Part shown: one piece after another, positions 1-12,817 of the stretch
Layout of the letters: every line of letters begins with the position of its first letter
Position numbering within the stretch: the first letter of the stretch is position 1
Assembly: GCF_036971445.1 (NCBI RefSeq)
Contig: NC_091473.1
Coordinates: 87,420,001 to 87,484,000, forward strand
From: Narcine bancroftii
Lineage: Eukaryota
DNA: 64,000 nucleotides
Direction of reading: 5' to 3'
Program-made: the position numbers and the translations under genes
Notes under the pieces: model-generated
Databases searched by the model: none
The model's input: only the letters and a program-made list of their open reading frames with translations
What the model was told of the DNA's origin: nothing

Positions 1-1500
1 CTCTGGCGGTAATTTTCCAAATGTCATTAGATATGGGGATAGTGCCGGAGGATTGGCGCGTTGCGCATGTGGTTCCGTTATTTAAAAAGGGTTCAAGGAG
101 GAAGCCTGGCAACTATCGGCCTGTAAGTTTGACGTCTGTGGTAGGTAAATTAATGGAGAAAATTCTTAGAGATAGTACTTATAAACATCTGGATAGACAG
201 GGTCTGATCAGGAGCACTCAACATGGATTTGTGGGAGGAAGGTCATGTTTGACCAATCTGATTGAATTTTTTGAAGAAGTGACTAGGAATGTGGATGAGG
301 GTTGCGCAGTGGATGTTGTCTATATGGACTTCAGTAAGGCCTTCGATAAGGTACCACATGGAAGGTTAGTTAGGAAGGTGCAGTCTTTAGGTATAAATTT
401 TAAGATAGTCAAATGGATTGAACATTGGCTGAAAGGGAGAAGCCAGAGAGTGGTAGTGGATAATTGTCTGTCAGGTTGGAGGCCGGTGACCAGTGGTGTG
501 CCTCAAGGATCTGTATTGGGCCCATTGTTGTTCGTTATATACATTAATGATCTAGACGATGGGGTGGTGAATTGGATTAGTAAATATGCAGACGATACTA
601 AGATAGGTGGAATAGTGGATAATGAAGAAGGTTTTCAAGGATTGCAGAGGGATTTGGGCTGCTTAGAAAAGTGGGCTGAAAAATGGCAGATGGAATTTAA
701 TGCTGATAAGTGTGAGGTGCTTCATTTTGGTAAGAAGAATCAGAATAGGACATACGTGGTAAATGGGAGAGCATTGAGGAATACAGAAGAGCAGAAAGAT
801 TTAGGAGTAACGGTACATCGTTCCCTGAAGGTAGAAACTCACGTGAATAGGGTGGTGAAGAAGGCTTTTAGTATGCTGGCTTTTATCAATCATTGCATGG
901 AATATAGGAGTTGGGAGGTGATGTTGAGATTGTATAAGACGTTGGTGCGGCCTAATTTGGAGTTCTGTGTGCAGTTCTGGTCGCCTAATTATAGGAAGGA
1001 TATAAACAGAGTGGAGAGAGTGCAGAGAAGGTTTACCAGAATGTTACCTGGGTTTAAGCATCTAGAGTATAGGGAGAGATTGGACAGATTAGGTCTTTAT
1101 TCTTTGGAGCGTAGAAGGTTGAGAGGGGATTTGATAGAAGTATTTAAGATTATGAAAGGGATAGACAGAGTGGATGTGGATAGACTATTTCCGTTAAGAG
1201 GAGGAAAGATTAAAACAAGAGGACATGAGTTAAGAATTAAGGGGCAGAGGTTTAGAGGTAACATGAGGGGGAACTTCTTTACTCAGAGAGTGATAGCCGT
1301 GTGGAATGAGCTTCCGGGAGAAATAGTGGTGGCGGAGTCAATTGTATTATTTAAGAAAAGGTTGGACAGGTATATGGATGAGAAGAAGATGGAGGGTTAT
1401 GGGCATTGTGCAGGGAGGTGGGACTAGAAAGGGGTGTTTGGTTCGGTGCGGACTAGAAGGGCCTAATGGCCTGTTTCCGTGCTGTAATTGTTATGTTATG
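1..1500 (+). mobile_element. CR1-type LINE, young copy, 3' part (enters from left edge)
   Basis: Uninterrupted 468-aa ORF (21..1427) with CR1 RT motifs [35 protein letters not shown] and C-terminal LYSLERRRLRGDLI/NFFTQRV. A short 3' UTR ends in a (ttatg)-like tandem tail at ~1490-1500. Confidence 0.95.
21..1427 (+). CDS. CR1 ORF2 reverse transcriptase, C-terminal portion (open to its natural stop)
   Basis: ORF track shows no stop or frameshift across the RT domain and C-terminus. Confidence 0.85.
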   Translation: MSLDMGIVPEDWRVAHVVPLFKKGSRRKPGNYRPVSLTSVVGKLMEKILRDSTYKHLDRQGLIRSTQHGFVGGRSCLTNLIEFFEEVTRNVDEGCAVDVVYMDFSKAFDKVPHGRLVRKVQSLGINFKIVKWIEHWLKGRSQRVVVDNCLSGWRPVTSGVPQGSVLGPLLFVIYINDLDDGVVNWISKYADDTKIGGIVDNEEGFQGLQRDLGCLEKWAEKWQMEFNADKCEVLHFGKKNQNRTYVVNGRALRNTEEQKDLGVTVHRSLKVETHVNRVVKKAFSMLAFINHCMEYRSWEVMLRLYKTLVRPNLEFCVQFWSPNYRKDINRVERVQRRFTRMLPGFKHLEYRERLDRLGLYSLERRRLRGDLIEVFKIMKGIDRVDVDRLFPLRGGKIKTRGHELRIKGQRFRGNMRGNFFTQRVIAVWNELPGEIVVAESIVLFKKRLDRYMDEKKMEGYGHCAGRWD

Positions 1501-3195
1501 GATACAAATAACCTCCCAAGGATGTTGGGAAACATAGAGACTAATGCAAGGGAGGAACTGAAAGAAATCAATATCTCTAAGGACATGGTCTTTGGGAAAT
1601 TAAGTGGTTTGAAGGCAGATAAATCCCAAGGGCCTGATAATCTACATCCTAGGGTACTTAAGGAAGTGGCCATTCAGATAGCAGATGCTTTAAGAATCAT
1701 TTTCCAGAATTCGATGGACTCAGGATCAGTACCCATGGATTGGAGGGTAGCTAATGTTACCCCACTATTTAAAAAGGGAGGTAGAGAAAAAGCGGGGAAT
1801 TATAGGCCGGTGAGCCTTACATCAGTAGTGGACAAAATGATGGAATCCATTATTAAGGATGTAATAGCGGAGCATATGACTAGCAGAGAAGGGATCGGAC
1901 AGAGTCAACATGGATTTACAAAAGGTAAATCGTGCTTGACAAATCTATTGGAATTCTTTGAGATGGTGACAGGTAAAATAAATGGGGGAGAGCCAGTGGA
2001 TGTGGTGTACCTGGACTTCCAAAAGGCCTTCGATAAGGTCCCGCATAAATGACTGGCTTACAAAATCATGGCTCATGGGATTGGGGGCAAAGTATTGATG
2101 TGGATTGAGAACTGGCTGGCAGGTAGAAGACAGAGAGTTGGGATAAATGGCTCGTTTTCTGAGTGGCAGGCGGTGACCAGTGGGGTGCCACAGGGATCTG
2201 TACTGGGACCCCAGCTGTTCACAATTTACATTAGTGATCTGGATGAGGGGATTGGATGCAATATCTCCAAATTTGCAGATGACATTAAGCTAGGAGGGGT
2301 TGTGTGCACGGAAGAGGGGGTCAGGTAGCTCCAGTGTGATTTGGATAAACTGAGGGACTGGGCAGATACATGGCAAATGCACTACAATGTGGATAAATGT
2401 GAGGTTATCCACTTTGGTAATACAAACCGGAGGGCAGATTACTATTTGAATGGCAATAGATTAAGAGATGGGGAAGTGCAGAGAGACCTAGGGGTACTTG
2501 TACACCAGTCTCTGAAGGCGAGCATGCAGGTACAGCAGGCGGTTAAAAAGATAAATGGTATGTTGGCCTTCATATCAAGAAGGTTTGAGTATAGGAACAA
2601 GGATACCTTACTGCAGCTGTACAGGGCCTTGGTGAGACCACACCTGGAGTATTGTGTGCAGTTTTGGTCACCTTATCTAAGGAAGGATGTTCTTGCAATG
2701 GAGGGAGTGCAGAGGCAATTCACCAGGCTGATACCTGGAATAGCAGGAATGACTTATGAGGAAAGATTGCACAAATTGGGATTGTACTCGCTGGAGTTTA
2801 GAAGATTGAGAGGGGATCTCATAGAGACATATAAAATTCTGGCAGGACTGGACAGAATGGATGCAGATGGGATGTTTCCAATGATGGGAAAATCCAGAAC
2901 CTGGGGCCATGGTTTGAGGATAATAGGCAATCCATTTAGGTCCGAGATGAGGAGGAATTTCTTTACCCAGAGGGTGGTGAATCTGTGGAATTCATTGCCA
3001 CAGAGGGCAGTAGAGGCAGGTTCATTAAATATATTTAAGAGGGAATTCGATCTATTTCTTCAGTATAAGGGTATTAAAGGTTACGGAGAGAAGGCGGGGA
3101 CGGGGTACTGAACTTTAAGATCAGCCATGATCTCGTTGAATGGCGGAGCAGGCTCGAAGGGTCGAATGATCTATTCCTGTCTTCTATGTTTCTAA
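1501..3195 (+). mobile_element. Second CR1 LINE (different subfamily), 5'-truncated, abutting the first copy's tail
   Basis: ORF pieces up to 2052, 2068..2328 and 2341..3111 are one reading frame broken by two in-frame stops. It has an FADD motif and a ctatgtttcta tail. Confidence 0.95.
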
Positions 3196-4530
3196 ACATA
3201 AGAAATAGGATCGTGGCTAATCTGCCTGTGAACTTGGCTTTACCTACCTGCCTTTTCCCTATAACCTTTAATTCTCCTACAATGCAAAAATCTATCTGTC
3301 TTTTATGGTTAATGGTAGGGTTCTGAACAGTGTGGAGGAATAGAGAGATCTTGGGGACCAAGTCCATAGATTCCTCAAGGTTTCCTCCCAAGTTGATTAA
3401 GATAGTAAGAGGTGTGTTATCCTTCATCATTAATCAGGAGATTGAGTTCAAGAGCCATGAAGTCATGTTGCAGCTCTCCAAAACTCTGGTTATTCCATGG
3501 ACTGAATATTGCATTCTGTTCTGGTTGACAGGAAGGATGTAGATGCCTTGTGGGGGGTACAGTGGAGATTTACCAGGATACTGGATTGGAGAACATGTCT
3601 AATGAAGCAAGGTTGACCAAGCTAGGGCTTTTTTTCTTTGGAGCAATGAAGGATGAGAGCTTACAAATGAAGTATACAAGATTATGAGGGGCTCAGCCAG
3701 CTCCTTTTTTCCCAGATCGATAATTGCTAATACCAGAGGGCATCTTTTTAGTGAGTGGAGGAAGGTTTAGGGAAATGTCAAGGTGTCAGAGGTTTGCTTT
3801 TCTAAACAGAGTTGGGGAGTTTGTGGAGGAAGGGTGGGGGTGTGCCTGGAATGTATTGCTGGGGTAATGGTGGAAGCTGGTACAATAGGTATATTCAAAA
3901 GATAGGCACATAGATGTAAGAAAAAGAGAGGATTATGGATGTGAGGTAGGGAAAAAATTAGATCATTGTGGTGGAGGAAGTCAACATTGTGGCTGAAGGG
4001 TCTATCCTGTGCTGTAATGTTATACAGGTGTGTTCAGCAACTTGGTCCAATTAGCACATTAGACAGAGCCCTGTGTTGTCAATCAGGTGAAGAATTAGAC
4101 TTAGTACTGTGGCTACAAAATTAGGATTTCAAGTAGCCACATGAAAGGAATAAAGCTTTTTAGTGCCAATCTGCAAAAAGCCACAATCTCACAGAAAATA
4201 ATACAGTACAGGAACAGAACCTTTGACCAAGTGTCTGTGCTGAACATAATGCCCAAATTAAACTAAAACTTTGCGCACGAGTATGATCCACATCCCTCTC
4301 TCCCTGCATATTTATGTTTCTATCCAAAAGCCTCTTAAGCATCTTATCTATTTCCAGCGCTAATTATTTCAGGCACCTACCTCTCTCTGTGTAAAAAAAA
4401 AAAAATGACCATCTCACATCTTTTAACTCCCTACCAGCATCCTTGCCTCTCGCCTCACCTTAAATGCATCCTCTGGCATTTGACATTTTTTTTACACTGG
4501 CAAAATAAATTCTGACCATTTATCCTATAA
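3196..4530. mobile_element. Cluster of decayed CR1 3' fragments in both orientations
   Basis: Degenerate EFKSHEVMLQL/EYCILFW motifs on + (3310-4025). Reverse-strand CR1 tails at ~3196-3300 and ~4190-4530. Confidence 0.75.
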
Positions 4531-5180
4531 ATGTCAGTAAATAGACTGGCAAATCCAAACATTTCTGTCCATATCATAGTTTTTTTTTAAAAACACACAA
4601 TCTCAAGCAATTTCTCAGACAAAACTATATCTATATTCATGTCATCCAAACTCAACATGCCACCAGTTCCTGCTCTAAATTTGCTATATTATACAGCTGA
4701 AGACTCAAATCCAGAACACTAGAACTTGGCTTCATTGACTGCAGAGAATTCAGAAGTTGTGCCAGTGACCCCAAGTGCACCAGAGGGAATGATTGTGTGT
4801 GAACAAACACATTCGGAAACCAGTTCACCCTGGTCTTACAAATTGAGATTTGTTTCAGCATTCTGCTTCAGATAAGAATCTGAAAGTGGTGAAATATAAT
4901 CAAGAATTGAAACTATGCTGCTTGGAAGTGACATCATATCAAACATGTATTTAACCTCTAGGTCTGATTAAACTCTGCTTGGGAGAAAGGCCTATCAGCT
5001 CACCCATCACAGACTGCTCATTCTTTTGGAAACAACATGACTGCAAATGTAATAAGTATCTTTTAAACATCTGAGCACAGCCATTATTGGTCATTAATAT
5101 TTTATTTATTCATTACCTATTTAACACACTATGCTATCCCTTGAGGCCTAATACACTGGCAGCTTTCTCTGTCAGCACAC

Positions 5181-7160
5181 TCAAGTCAAGTTTATTGTCA
5201 TCTGATTGTACAAGTACAACCCAACGAAACAGTGTTCTCTGGTCCTCAGTGCAAAATATGCAACCTGACAGCACACAGAGAAATAATACACATAGAACCA
5301 TAGAACACTACTCAGAAACACACCCTATTGGCCCTTCTAGTCTGTGCCGAACCATTTTTTTTTTTGCCTTGTCCCACTGACCTACACCCAGTCCATAGCC
5401 CTTTATACCTCTCCCATCCATGCACCTGTCCAAATTCTTTTTAAATGTTAAAATTGAGCCCACATTCACCATCTCAGGACAAGTATTTCATCTATACAAA
5501 TAAATAAACAAATATGAATACGAGAGCTTGGGTGGTTAGTGTGAGCAGTTCATTTGGTCATTCAACATTCTCACTGCCCAATGGAAGAAACTCCTCAGCC
5601 TGGTGGTGCTGGCTCTGATACTCCTGAACTTCTTCCCCAAGGGGAGCAACTGAAAGATGCTGTGTGCAGGGTGGAAATGGTCCTCAATAATGATCCCGGT
5701 AGATCATGTCAATTGGAGGTGGTGGGGGGTGGGGGGAGATTCCAGTGATCCTCTCTGCCACTCTTATGGTCCTGTGGATTGACCTCCGATCCATTTCTCT
5801 GCAACAACTGTACCACACTGTGATATAGCCAGACAGGACGCTCTCGATAGAGCTCCAATAGAAAATAGACATAATGGTGGCCAGTTACGTTGCCAGCTTC
5901 AGTCTTCTCACGAAGTGCAGTTGCATCTTCCTGACAAGTGAGGAGATGTTGAGTGTCCATGATAGATCACTAGTTAAGAGAACTCCAAGGATCTTGGTGC
6001 TCTCCACTCTCTTTACAACAGATTTATTGATATATAGTGGAGGGTGGTCGTTCCTAGTCCTCGAAGTCCACGATCATCTCCTTGGTCTTGTCCACATCGA
6101 GACTCAGTCTGTTACTCTTGCACCATTTCACAGAATTTTCCACCTCTTCTTAGTAGTGCGACTCGTCATTGTTGCTGATGGAGCCAACTACTGTTGTGTC
6201 ATCTACAAAGTTGATGACACTTTTGGAGCTGGATCTGGCGATGCAGTCGTGGATCAGTAGCGTGAACAGGAGCAGCTTCAGCACACAGCCCTTAGGTGTG
6301 CCAGTGCTCAGCATCATTGACCTTAACTCGCAAGGAAGACTTGTGATCTATTATAATCTTGACTCTTACCATATGTGCCTCATGTCACTGATGACACACA
6401 GCTGTCTGTGAATCTTCTGTGCATACCCCTGCTTTGCCTTCCAGATTGCATGGGAGAGTTCAGCTCTGGCTGATCTTACAGCCATCCTATACTCTCTCCT
6501 GAAGGCAGCATCACAAGCTCTGAGTAGGGTCTGGTTTCTGGTTAGCCCTGGTTGTGGAACATTTGATCTCAATGACATCCTCAATGCATTTGCCAATGTA
6601 GCCATTCACTGCAATAGGGTTAGGGTTAGGGTCAGGGGCCACCTCCCTGAAACAGCGCCAGTCCACGGTCCCAAAGCAGTCGTGCAGCCTTGCTGTGGAA
6701 CCCACCCTCTCCCATCTCCACACCCCACCCCCCCAATACCCAGCCATGTCCTGATTGCCTTGCAAACTTATCTAGTTTGCATTCCCAACGGTCCGTACAC
6801 CGGGTTAGTAGGATGGATATGTGATCCAAGTAACAAAGGTGGGAGCAAGGTACAGCCTTGTACACACCAGGGACATTAGTGTACACCCGATTCAGGGCGT
6901 CTTCTCCTCCTGGCAGTGGTTTACTTATTAGTGAAACAGTGGTAAGACCATTTTCAGGTTGGCGTGATTGAAGTCACCAGTAAATATCATAGCACCATCA
7001 GGGTGGGAAGTCTGGGCTTCGCAGATGGCACAATAAAGCTCCTTCATGGCTTCACCCTCATTATCTGAAGGCAGAACATTTATTGCAGCAATCAGGATGT
7101 GCGGAACCAAAGTGGCCACTTCAATCTCGTGCACCACCATCTCGTGTACCGCCATCTTGG
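5181..7160 (-). mobile_element. Rex1/Babar-like LINE, decayed and internally deleted, with a CR1 tail inserted at ~5290-5475
   Basis: Minus-strand fragments FTGDFNHANLK (endonuclease), SDHISILL-like and SIESVLSGYITVWY (C-terminal motif). The 3' tail reads tcaagtcaagtttattgtc on +. Confidence 0.8.
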
Positions 7161-7175
7161 AAAAAAATGTGCAAT

Positions 7176-9460
7176 TGGAGCAACTGTGTTGCAGTGCGAA
7201 ATGAAGAACGGCAAAATGATCGGACATGATCGAGTCGGAGTTCAGTAAAAGTCGTTTAGACAAACAGTCACACGCAGCTTTTGGAAAACCCTGTGCATTC
7301 CAAATGACGTCATCACATTGTGACGTCACTTGGAACCTCTCAAGCCGGTTCGATTAAGCCTCCAGTGAGCTGCATTATGGGCCACCCACCACCCCCTCCC
7401 CGAGAACTGTCCACCGCTTTTGGGCAGACATCTGTGCCTTCGCGTCGGGGGTTGCGGCAAGGACCAATCAAGGTCAAGATGCATGGGTTTTAGTCAGTCA
7501 ATCATAAATTTCTCTGGATGCCCACAAATATCCAGTACACAAGTTGTATGATTGTTTTATAGCATTCAGAAGGGGCCTTCATATGGTCCCTGTAAGGGTG
7601 GCCCATACGCACACCTCTACGCACAAACTCACAGTCCAAATTTTCCAAGTCGCTCTCACAGTCTGCCTAATTCTTCAGTTGGTGGCACCTCCTGTCCGTG
7701 AGCTATGGGCACAAACTCCCCAGGTACAATGAGAGGGGCTCCATAAACCAACTCTGCCAATGAGGAGTTGAGATCCTCCCTGGGTGCCATTCTTATTCCC
7801 AGGAAAATCCAGGGCAGCATGTCCACCCAATCAGGTCCCTGGAGGTGGGTCATCAATGCAGCCTTCATGTGCCTATGGAACCATTCCACTAGGCCATACG
7901 ACTATAGCTGGTAGGCTGTCGTGTAGTGGAGCTGCATGCCCAGCAGTCGTCACAAAGCATCCCAGACTGTGGAGGTAAACTGTGGGCCTCTCGTGGAGGT
8001 GATGTGTGTGGGTAGGCTGAACCAAGATACCCAGGCAGAAATAAAAGCTCTGGCACATGAATCGGTCAATGAGTCTGTTGTTGGAACTGCCTCTGGCCAC
8101 CTAGTGAATCTGTCAATGACTGTTAACAAGTACCTAGAGCAGGGGTGTCAAACTCAAATTCACGGAGGGCCAAAATTAAAAACTTGGACTAAGTCGAGGG
8201 CCAAACTAAATATTTATTGAAAATTTTCAACAACATCTGCATGTTTTCTCTTCTTTCAACATATGTAATGTTAAACTTTAGGATATAACTTTAGGAGGAT
8301 AATGTTACAGGTCAGGAGTAGGTAGCTCAAGTTCACCCTTTGCTTGACCTGAGGGAAACCTATTTGGTCCTTGTGGAGATGTAGTCAGCATTCACAGGCT
8401 GTGTCCATTTTGGCCTGCATCAGGACTCAGCATTTCCTGCTCACTCCTCAGGCTCTAGGCCTCTATTCACCCTCGACCCACCATCCCTCTACCTGACCAG
8501 TCCTTTACCCAACCTTTACCCAAGGAGGAAGGACACTAACCTCTGCATCCATGTTGGTTAGAAATTTGTGCTGGAAGAGTTCGTCCCAGACGTAGAGTAG
8601 ACTGTTACAGTAGCCAAATGCCGTAGCCATTAGCAACGACTGGCCATGGCGTTTCCTGGAGTGATGCTTGACAGAGAACATGTGCCCTCGTTGCCGGTAT
8701 TCATGGAGCCTGGACCTTTGAATGTGATGCAGCACTAATTTCTGTGGGCCTTGCTGTTTCGTGCGCCACAGAACCTCTACATAGGCAGCCACTGTTCGAG
8801 GGTTATCAAAGTTCTCGTCAGCCAACAGGAGGCAGATATCTTCTGGCATATGCTCTAAAAACAACTGCTCAAAGTACAAGCAAGGCCTATGGCCGTCTGC
8901 CAGTGCCAACATGCCGTTCATCAACTCTGAAGGGGCATGGTCTCCCAGGCCATCGATATGGAGGAACCGTACAGCTCACTTGCATCCTGAGAAGGAAGGC
9001 TTTTAGAGTTTTGTGCTTTCTGAGAGCTAGTGGGTCCTGAAGGAAATCCATTACTCAACAGACCATGTCCTAGTTGAGGGTGTTTACCACATGATAGTAC
9101 ACAGTGGTGTCCACTTATATTTTGTGAATGTGGAACTGTGCCTCAGCCTGCCCAAACCAAACTTCAGGTTGAGTGGTCAAAAAAACAGGCAGTTTGAGCA
9201 AAACCAATGCGTTGTCCATGTTGGGTCCAAAATTGTTTTGGGCCAGTCGGGGTCACCAAGATAGCAACTGTGTTGCAGTGCGAAATAAAGAACAAGAAAA
9301 TGATCAGACGTGTTCGAGTCGAAGTTCTGTAAAAGTTGTTTACTCAAACAGTCACCTGAGGCTTTTAAATCCCTGCATGTTCCAAATTACATCATCACAT
9401 TGTGATGTCATGACATCACTTGGAACCTCCTGACCTGGCTTGATTAAGCCTCTGGCTACA
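7176..9460 (-). mobile_element. Gypsy/Ty3 LTR retrotransposon, internally deleted (gag, start of protease, integrase core)
   Basis: Direct ~200-bp LTRs at 7176-7374 and ~9260-9460. PBS TGGTGACCCCGAC (tRNA-Trp type) at 9246-9258. gag motif FEQLFLEHMPEDI; integrase motifs DRFTRWPEAVP and WVDMLPWIFLGIR. Near-TSD CAAT/CAGT. Confidence 0.9.
8140..8290 (+). mobile_element. hAT (Charlie-like) terminal fragment inserted in the Gypsy
   Basis: CAGGGGTGTCAAACTC terminus preceded by an acctagag target-like 8-mer. I did not find a matching second end. Confidence 0.5.
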
Positions 9461-10660
9461 CAGTCACTGTTCCACCTTCTTGACAAGTGAGGAGACGTTG
9501 AGTGTCCATGATAGGTCACTAGTTAAGTGAACTCCAAGAAACTTGGTGTTCTCCACACACTCTACTACAGAATTGTGCTGTGTAGGGGAGAATGGTCGTT
9601 CCTGATCCTCCTGAAGTCCACAATCATCTCCTTCATCTGGTTCACATTGAGACTCAGGTTATTTTCTAGAATCATTTCACGGAATTTTCCACCTCTTCTC
9701 ATTGCTGCTGCTGCTAAGGCCAATTACTGTTGTGTCACCTACAAACTTGATGAAACTGTTGGAGTTGGATCTGGCCATGCAGTCATGGGTCAGGAATGTG
9801 AACAGGACCAGGCTGAGCACACTGCCCTGAGGTGGACTAGTGCTCAGCGTGACAGTGCTTGACGTTCTGTTATCGACCCAGACAGACTGTGGTTTTTCCA
9901 TTAGGATGTCCAGGATCCAGTTACAGAGATGGGTGTTGAGTCCCAGCAAGGACAGCTTTTCCACCAGCCTCTGGGGACTGATCGCATTAAATGCTGATCT
10001 GGTCAATGAATAGCAGCCTGATGTACAAGGTGTTATTCTCCAGGACAAGATGGAGTGAAGGTAAAAGGCTATTGCATCATCTGTGGAACAGTTTCTTCCA
10101 TAAGTGAACTGAAATGGGTATAGCTTCTCTGGGAAGTGTGCTTTGATGCATTTATTCACCAAACACTAGAAGCATTTTCATAATGATGGTCAGTGGAGTC
10201 CTTCAGTACCCAACCAGGTATGTTGTCTGATCCCGTCGCCTTGTATGGGTGCACATTGGATAGAGTTCCTCTTGCCTGTTGTGGCTATGCAGGGAACCTG
10301 TTCGTCAGGGGAATATGGAACTTTCTTTGATGTCACCATGTTTTACTAATCAAACCTTGCATAGATGATGTCATTGTCCTTAACTCGTAAAGTTGACTTG
10401 TGATCCATTATAGTCTTGATCCCTTGCCACATGCTCCGCATGTCACCGGTGTCACACAGCTGTCTGTAGATCTTCTATGCGTATCCTCGCTTTACTTTCC
10501 TGTTTGCATAAGAGAGTTCAGTCCTGGCTGATCTTAGTGCCAACCTATCCCCTGCCCTGAAGACAGCATCACAAGCTCTTAGAAGGTCCCAGACCTCTGC
10601 ATCAACCTTGGTTTCTGGCTAGCCCTGGTTGTGAAGCATTCAATCTCAGTGAATGCACTG
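9461..10660 (-). mobile_element. Second Rex1/Babar-like LINE fragment (RT region)
   Basis: ORF 9677..10162 has SAFNAISP, LCNWILD, PQGSVLS and IKFVGDTTVIGL. It is homologous to 5930-6570. Confidence 0.8.
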
Positions 10661-10939
10661 CTGCACTCCAAGAAGAACGTAAGCATATATGCCTTTAATA
10701 AGATGTCATTTCTAAAATAAGTGCAGAAATAATGAAAGAAATATATTTACCTATTTCATATTCAAAAAGTAATTTCACTTATGAGTGATCAAATACTTGT
10801 GAATTGTAATGTGAACTTGTCTACAAACATTTAACACTGATCACCACATTATCAGTCAGGGTTATGCCTGTATTTATAATATTCCATGAACCTCACCCTC
10901 AGAGCAATCACATTTATTCCATTCTCTCACTAATTTCCC

Positions 10940-11000
10940 CATTATCTTTTCTCACATTTTTGGAATGTGGGAGGAATCTGGAGCACCTGGAGGGAATGAA
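10940..11000 (-). mobile_element. V-SINE/HE1-type SINE core fragment
   Basis: ggaatgtgggaggaatctggagcacctggag resembles the reverse complement of the V-SINE central domain. Confidence 0.45.
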
Positions 11001-11004
11001 ACAT

Positions 11005-12500
11005 GAAAATCTGCAGATGCTATGATTGTAGTAAAACACACAGAATTGATGGAGGAACAAGCCCAGTGGTTCACAACCTTTTTCTTTCCATTCACATACC
11101 ACTTTAAGTAATCCCTATGCCATCAATGCTTTGTGATTAGTAAGGGATTGCTTAAGGTGGTATGTGAGTGGAAAGATTGAGAACCACTGATCTAGATCCA
11201 ATTGTTACTGAAATATTTTGCTTGAGAAAAATGGTCATTGGCCCATTTCCTTTGGAGTTATGAAATCGTGCACATAACTAGTCAATGATGTATGATTAAA
11301 ACAATGGTTTTTAAACTTTTCTTTCCACCCACATACCACTTAAGCAATCCCTTACTAATCACAGAGCACCTATGGCATAGGGAACACTTAAAGTGGTATG
11401 TGAGTGGAAAGAAAAAGGTTGAGAACCACTGAACTAGCCGGTCTTACAGCGTACATAGGAGGTAAAAATATATTACCAACGTTCCTAACCTGAGCCATTC
11501 TTAAAGGTATAAGCAAAAATAGGAAGGCATCTGGATAAAGACTGGAATTTGAAAGGTGGAAGAATGGGAGGGGGAGGAGTCCAGACCAAATTGGATATGA
11601 GGAAAGGTGAGAATTAATTTTGATTCTGTGAAAGAGGACAGAGGGAAAAAGGAAGAGAGAGTCAGCCAGAGCTGGGAAAAGGTGACAGGGGGAAGTGGGG
11701 TTGGGGTGGGGAGGGGGTTTAATAGAAACCAGAAAAGTCAGACAGGCACCCAGACAGAAGATGGGATGTTGTTCCTCCAATTTGGGGGTGGTCTCAGTCT
11801 GCCAATGCATGAGACTGGACAGACACGTCAGCAAGGTAATGGGACAGGGGAATTGAAATGAGTAGCCACTGGGAGATCCACACTGTTGAGAGGGATAAAT
11901 CCGAGATACTCAACAAAGCAATCTCCCAATCTATCCAATGCAGAGGAGACCACAACTGGAGCACTCCGCGGATGCAGTAGATGATTCCTGCAGATTCTCA
12001 AGTAAAAAGTTGCTTCACTTGGAAAGACTGTTTGAGGCTCCGAATGAGGGAGGAAGTGTGGACACAAGTGGAGCATCTCCTGCAGTCACAGGAGTATGTA
12101 TCTAGAGGATGATGGGTGAGGAGAGAGGAATGGACAAGGGATTGGTCCCTGCAGAAGGCAGAGGGTGGAGGAGAAGGGAATATGTGTCAGGTGGTGGGAT
12201 CACACAGTAGTTGGCAGAAATGGTGGAGGAGGATGTGTTTGATGGAGGCTGGTTGGATGGTATGTGAGACAAGGGGAATCCTGTCCTTGTTGCATGTGAG
12301 GGTGGACAGGGCCAGAGCAGGTGTATGGGTAACAGTGGATATGCAGGTGAGAGCCGAGTTGATGGTGGTAGAAGGAAAGCCACATTGTTTGAGGAAGGAG
12401 CACATCTCTGATGATCTGGCATGGAAGTCCTCATCCTGGGAACAAATGCAACATAGATGGAAGAATTGAGAGAAAGGAATGGAATCCTTTGTGGGCTTCC
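11005..12500 (-). mobile_element. Penelope-like element remnant (RT C-terminus and GIY-YIG region), interrupted by a composite MITE
   Basis: Minus-strand GFPSTTINSAL, NKDRIPLV, TYHPTS and KLEEQHPIFCLG motifs, with a Penelope-type terminal sequence. Confidence 0.8.
11064..11431. mobile_element. Composite hAT MITE: two palindromic ~126-bp units flanking a ~110-bp spacer
   Basis: Outer TIRs CAGTGGTTCACAACC...GGTTGAGAACCACTG. 8-bp TSD AACAAGCC/AACTAGCC. Units at 11064-11189 and ~11302-11431. Confidence 0.85.
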
Positions 12501-12817
12501 TCCACCCTGTCCCCTGTAAGTGATCAACATTCTCCCTGTGACATATTACATCACTATTCTTGGCTCTACCTATATCTGTGAATATTTATCTTATCTTTTA
12601 TATTTTAATTTACACTTGCCTATTGGTGTTGTATCTGTGCAAGCATGAAGAATTTCAATACACTGTACATTGTTCTCATCTTAATCTCCACATGGCAGCA
12701 CCAAAGGTCAGGAATTTCTGATCTGACATTGTTTGTCAGACCTCCTTGACCCAACAGTCAGGATAGGGGTTAGAACTTGTATTGGGGAATTGGCTTGGTT
12801 TCTCTTCCTGGCCTGCT

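Noticed and set aside
10745-10830. AG...GT-bounded minus-strand segment beginning with KFT-like codons
   Set aside because: It has an in-frame stop and no further similarity to the cPLA2 C2 domain.
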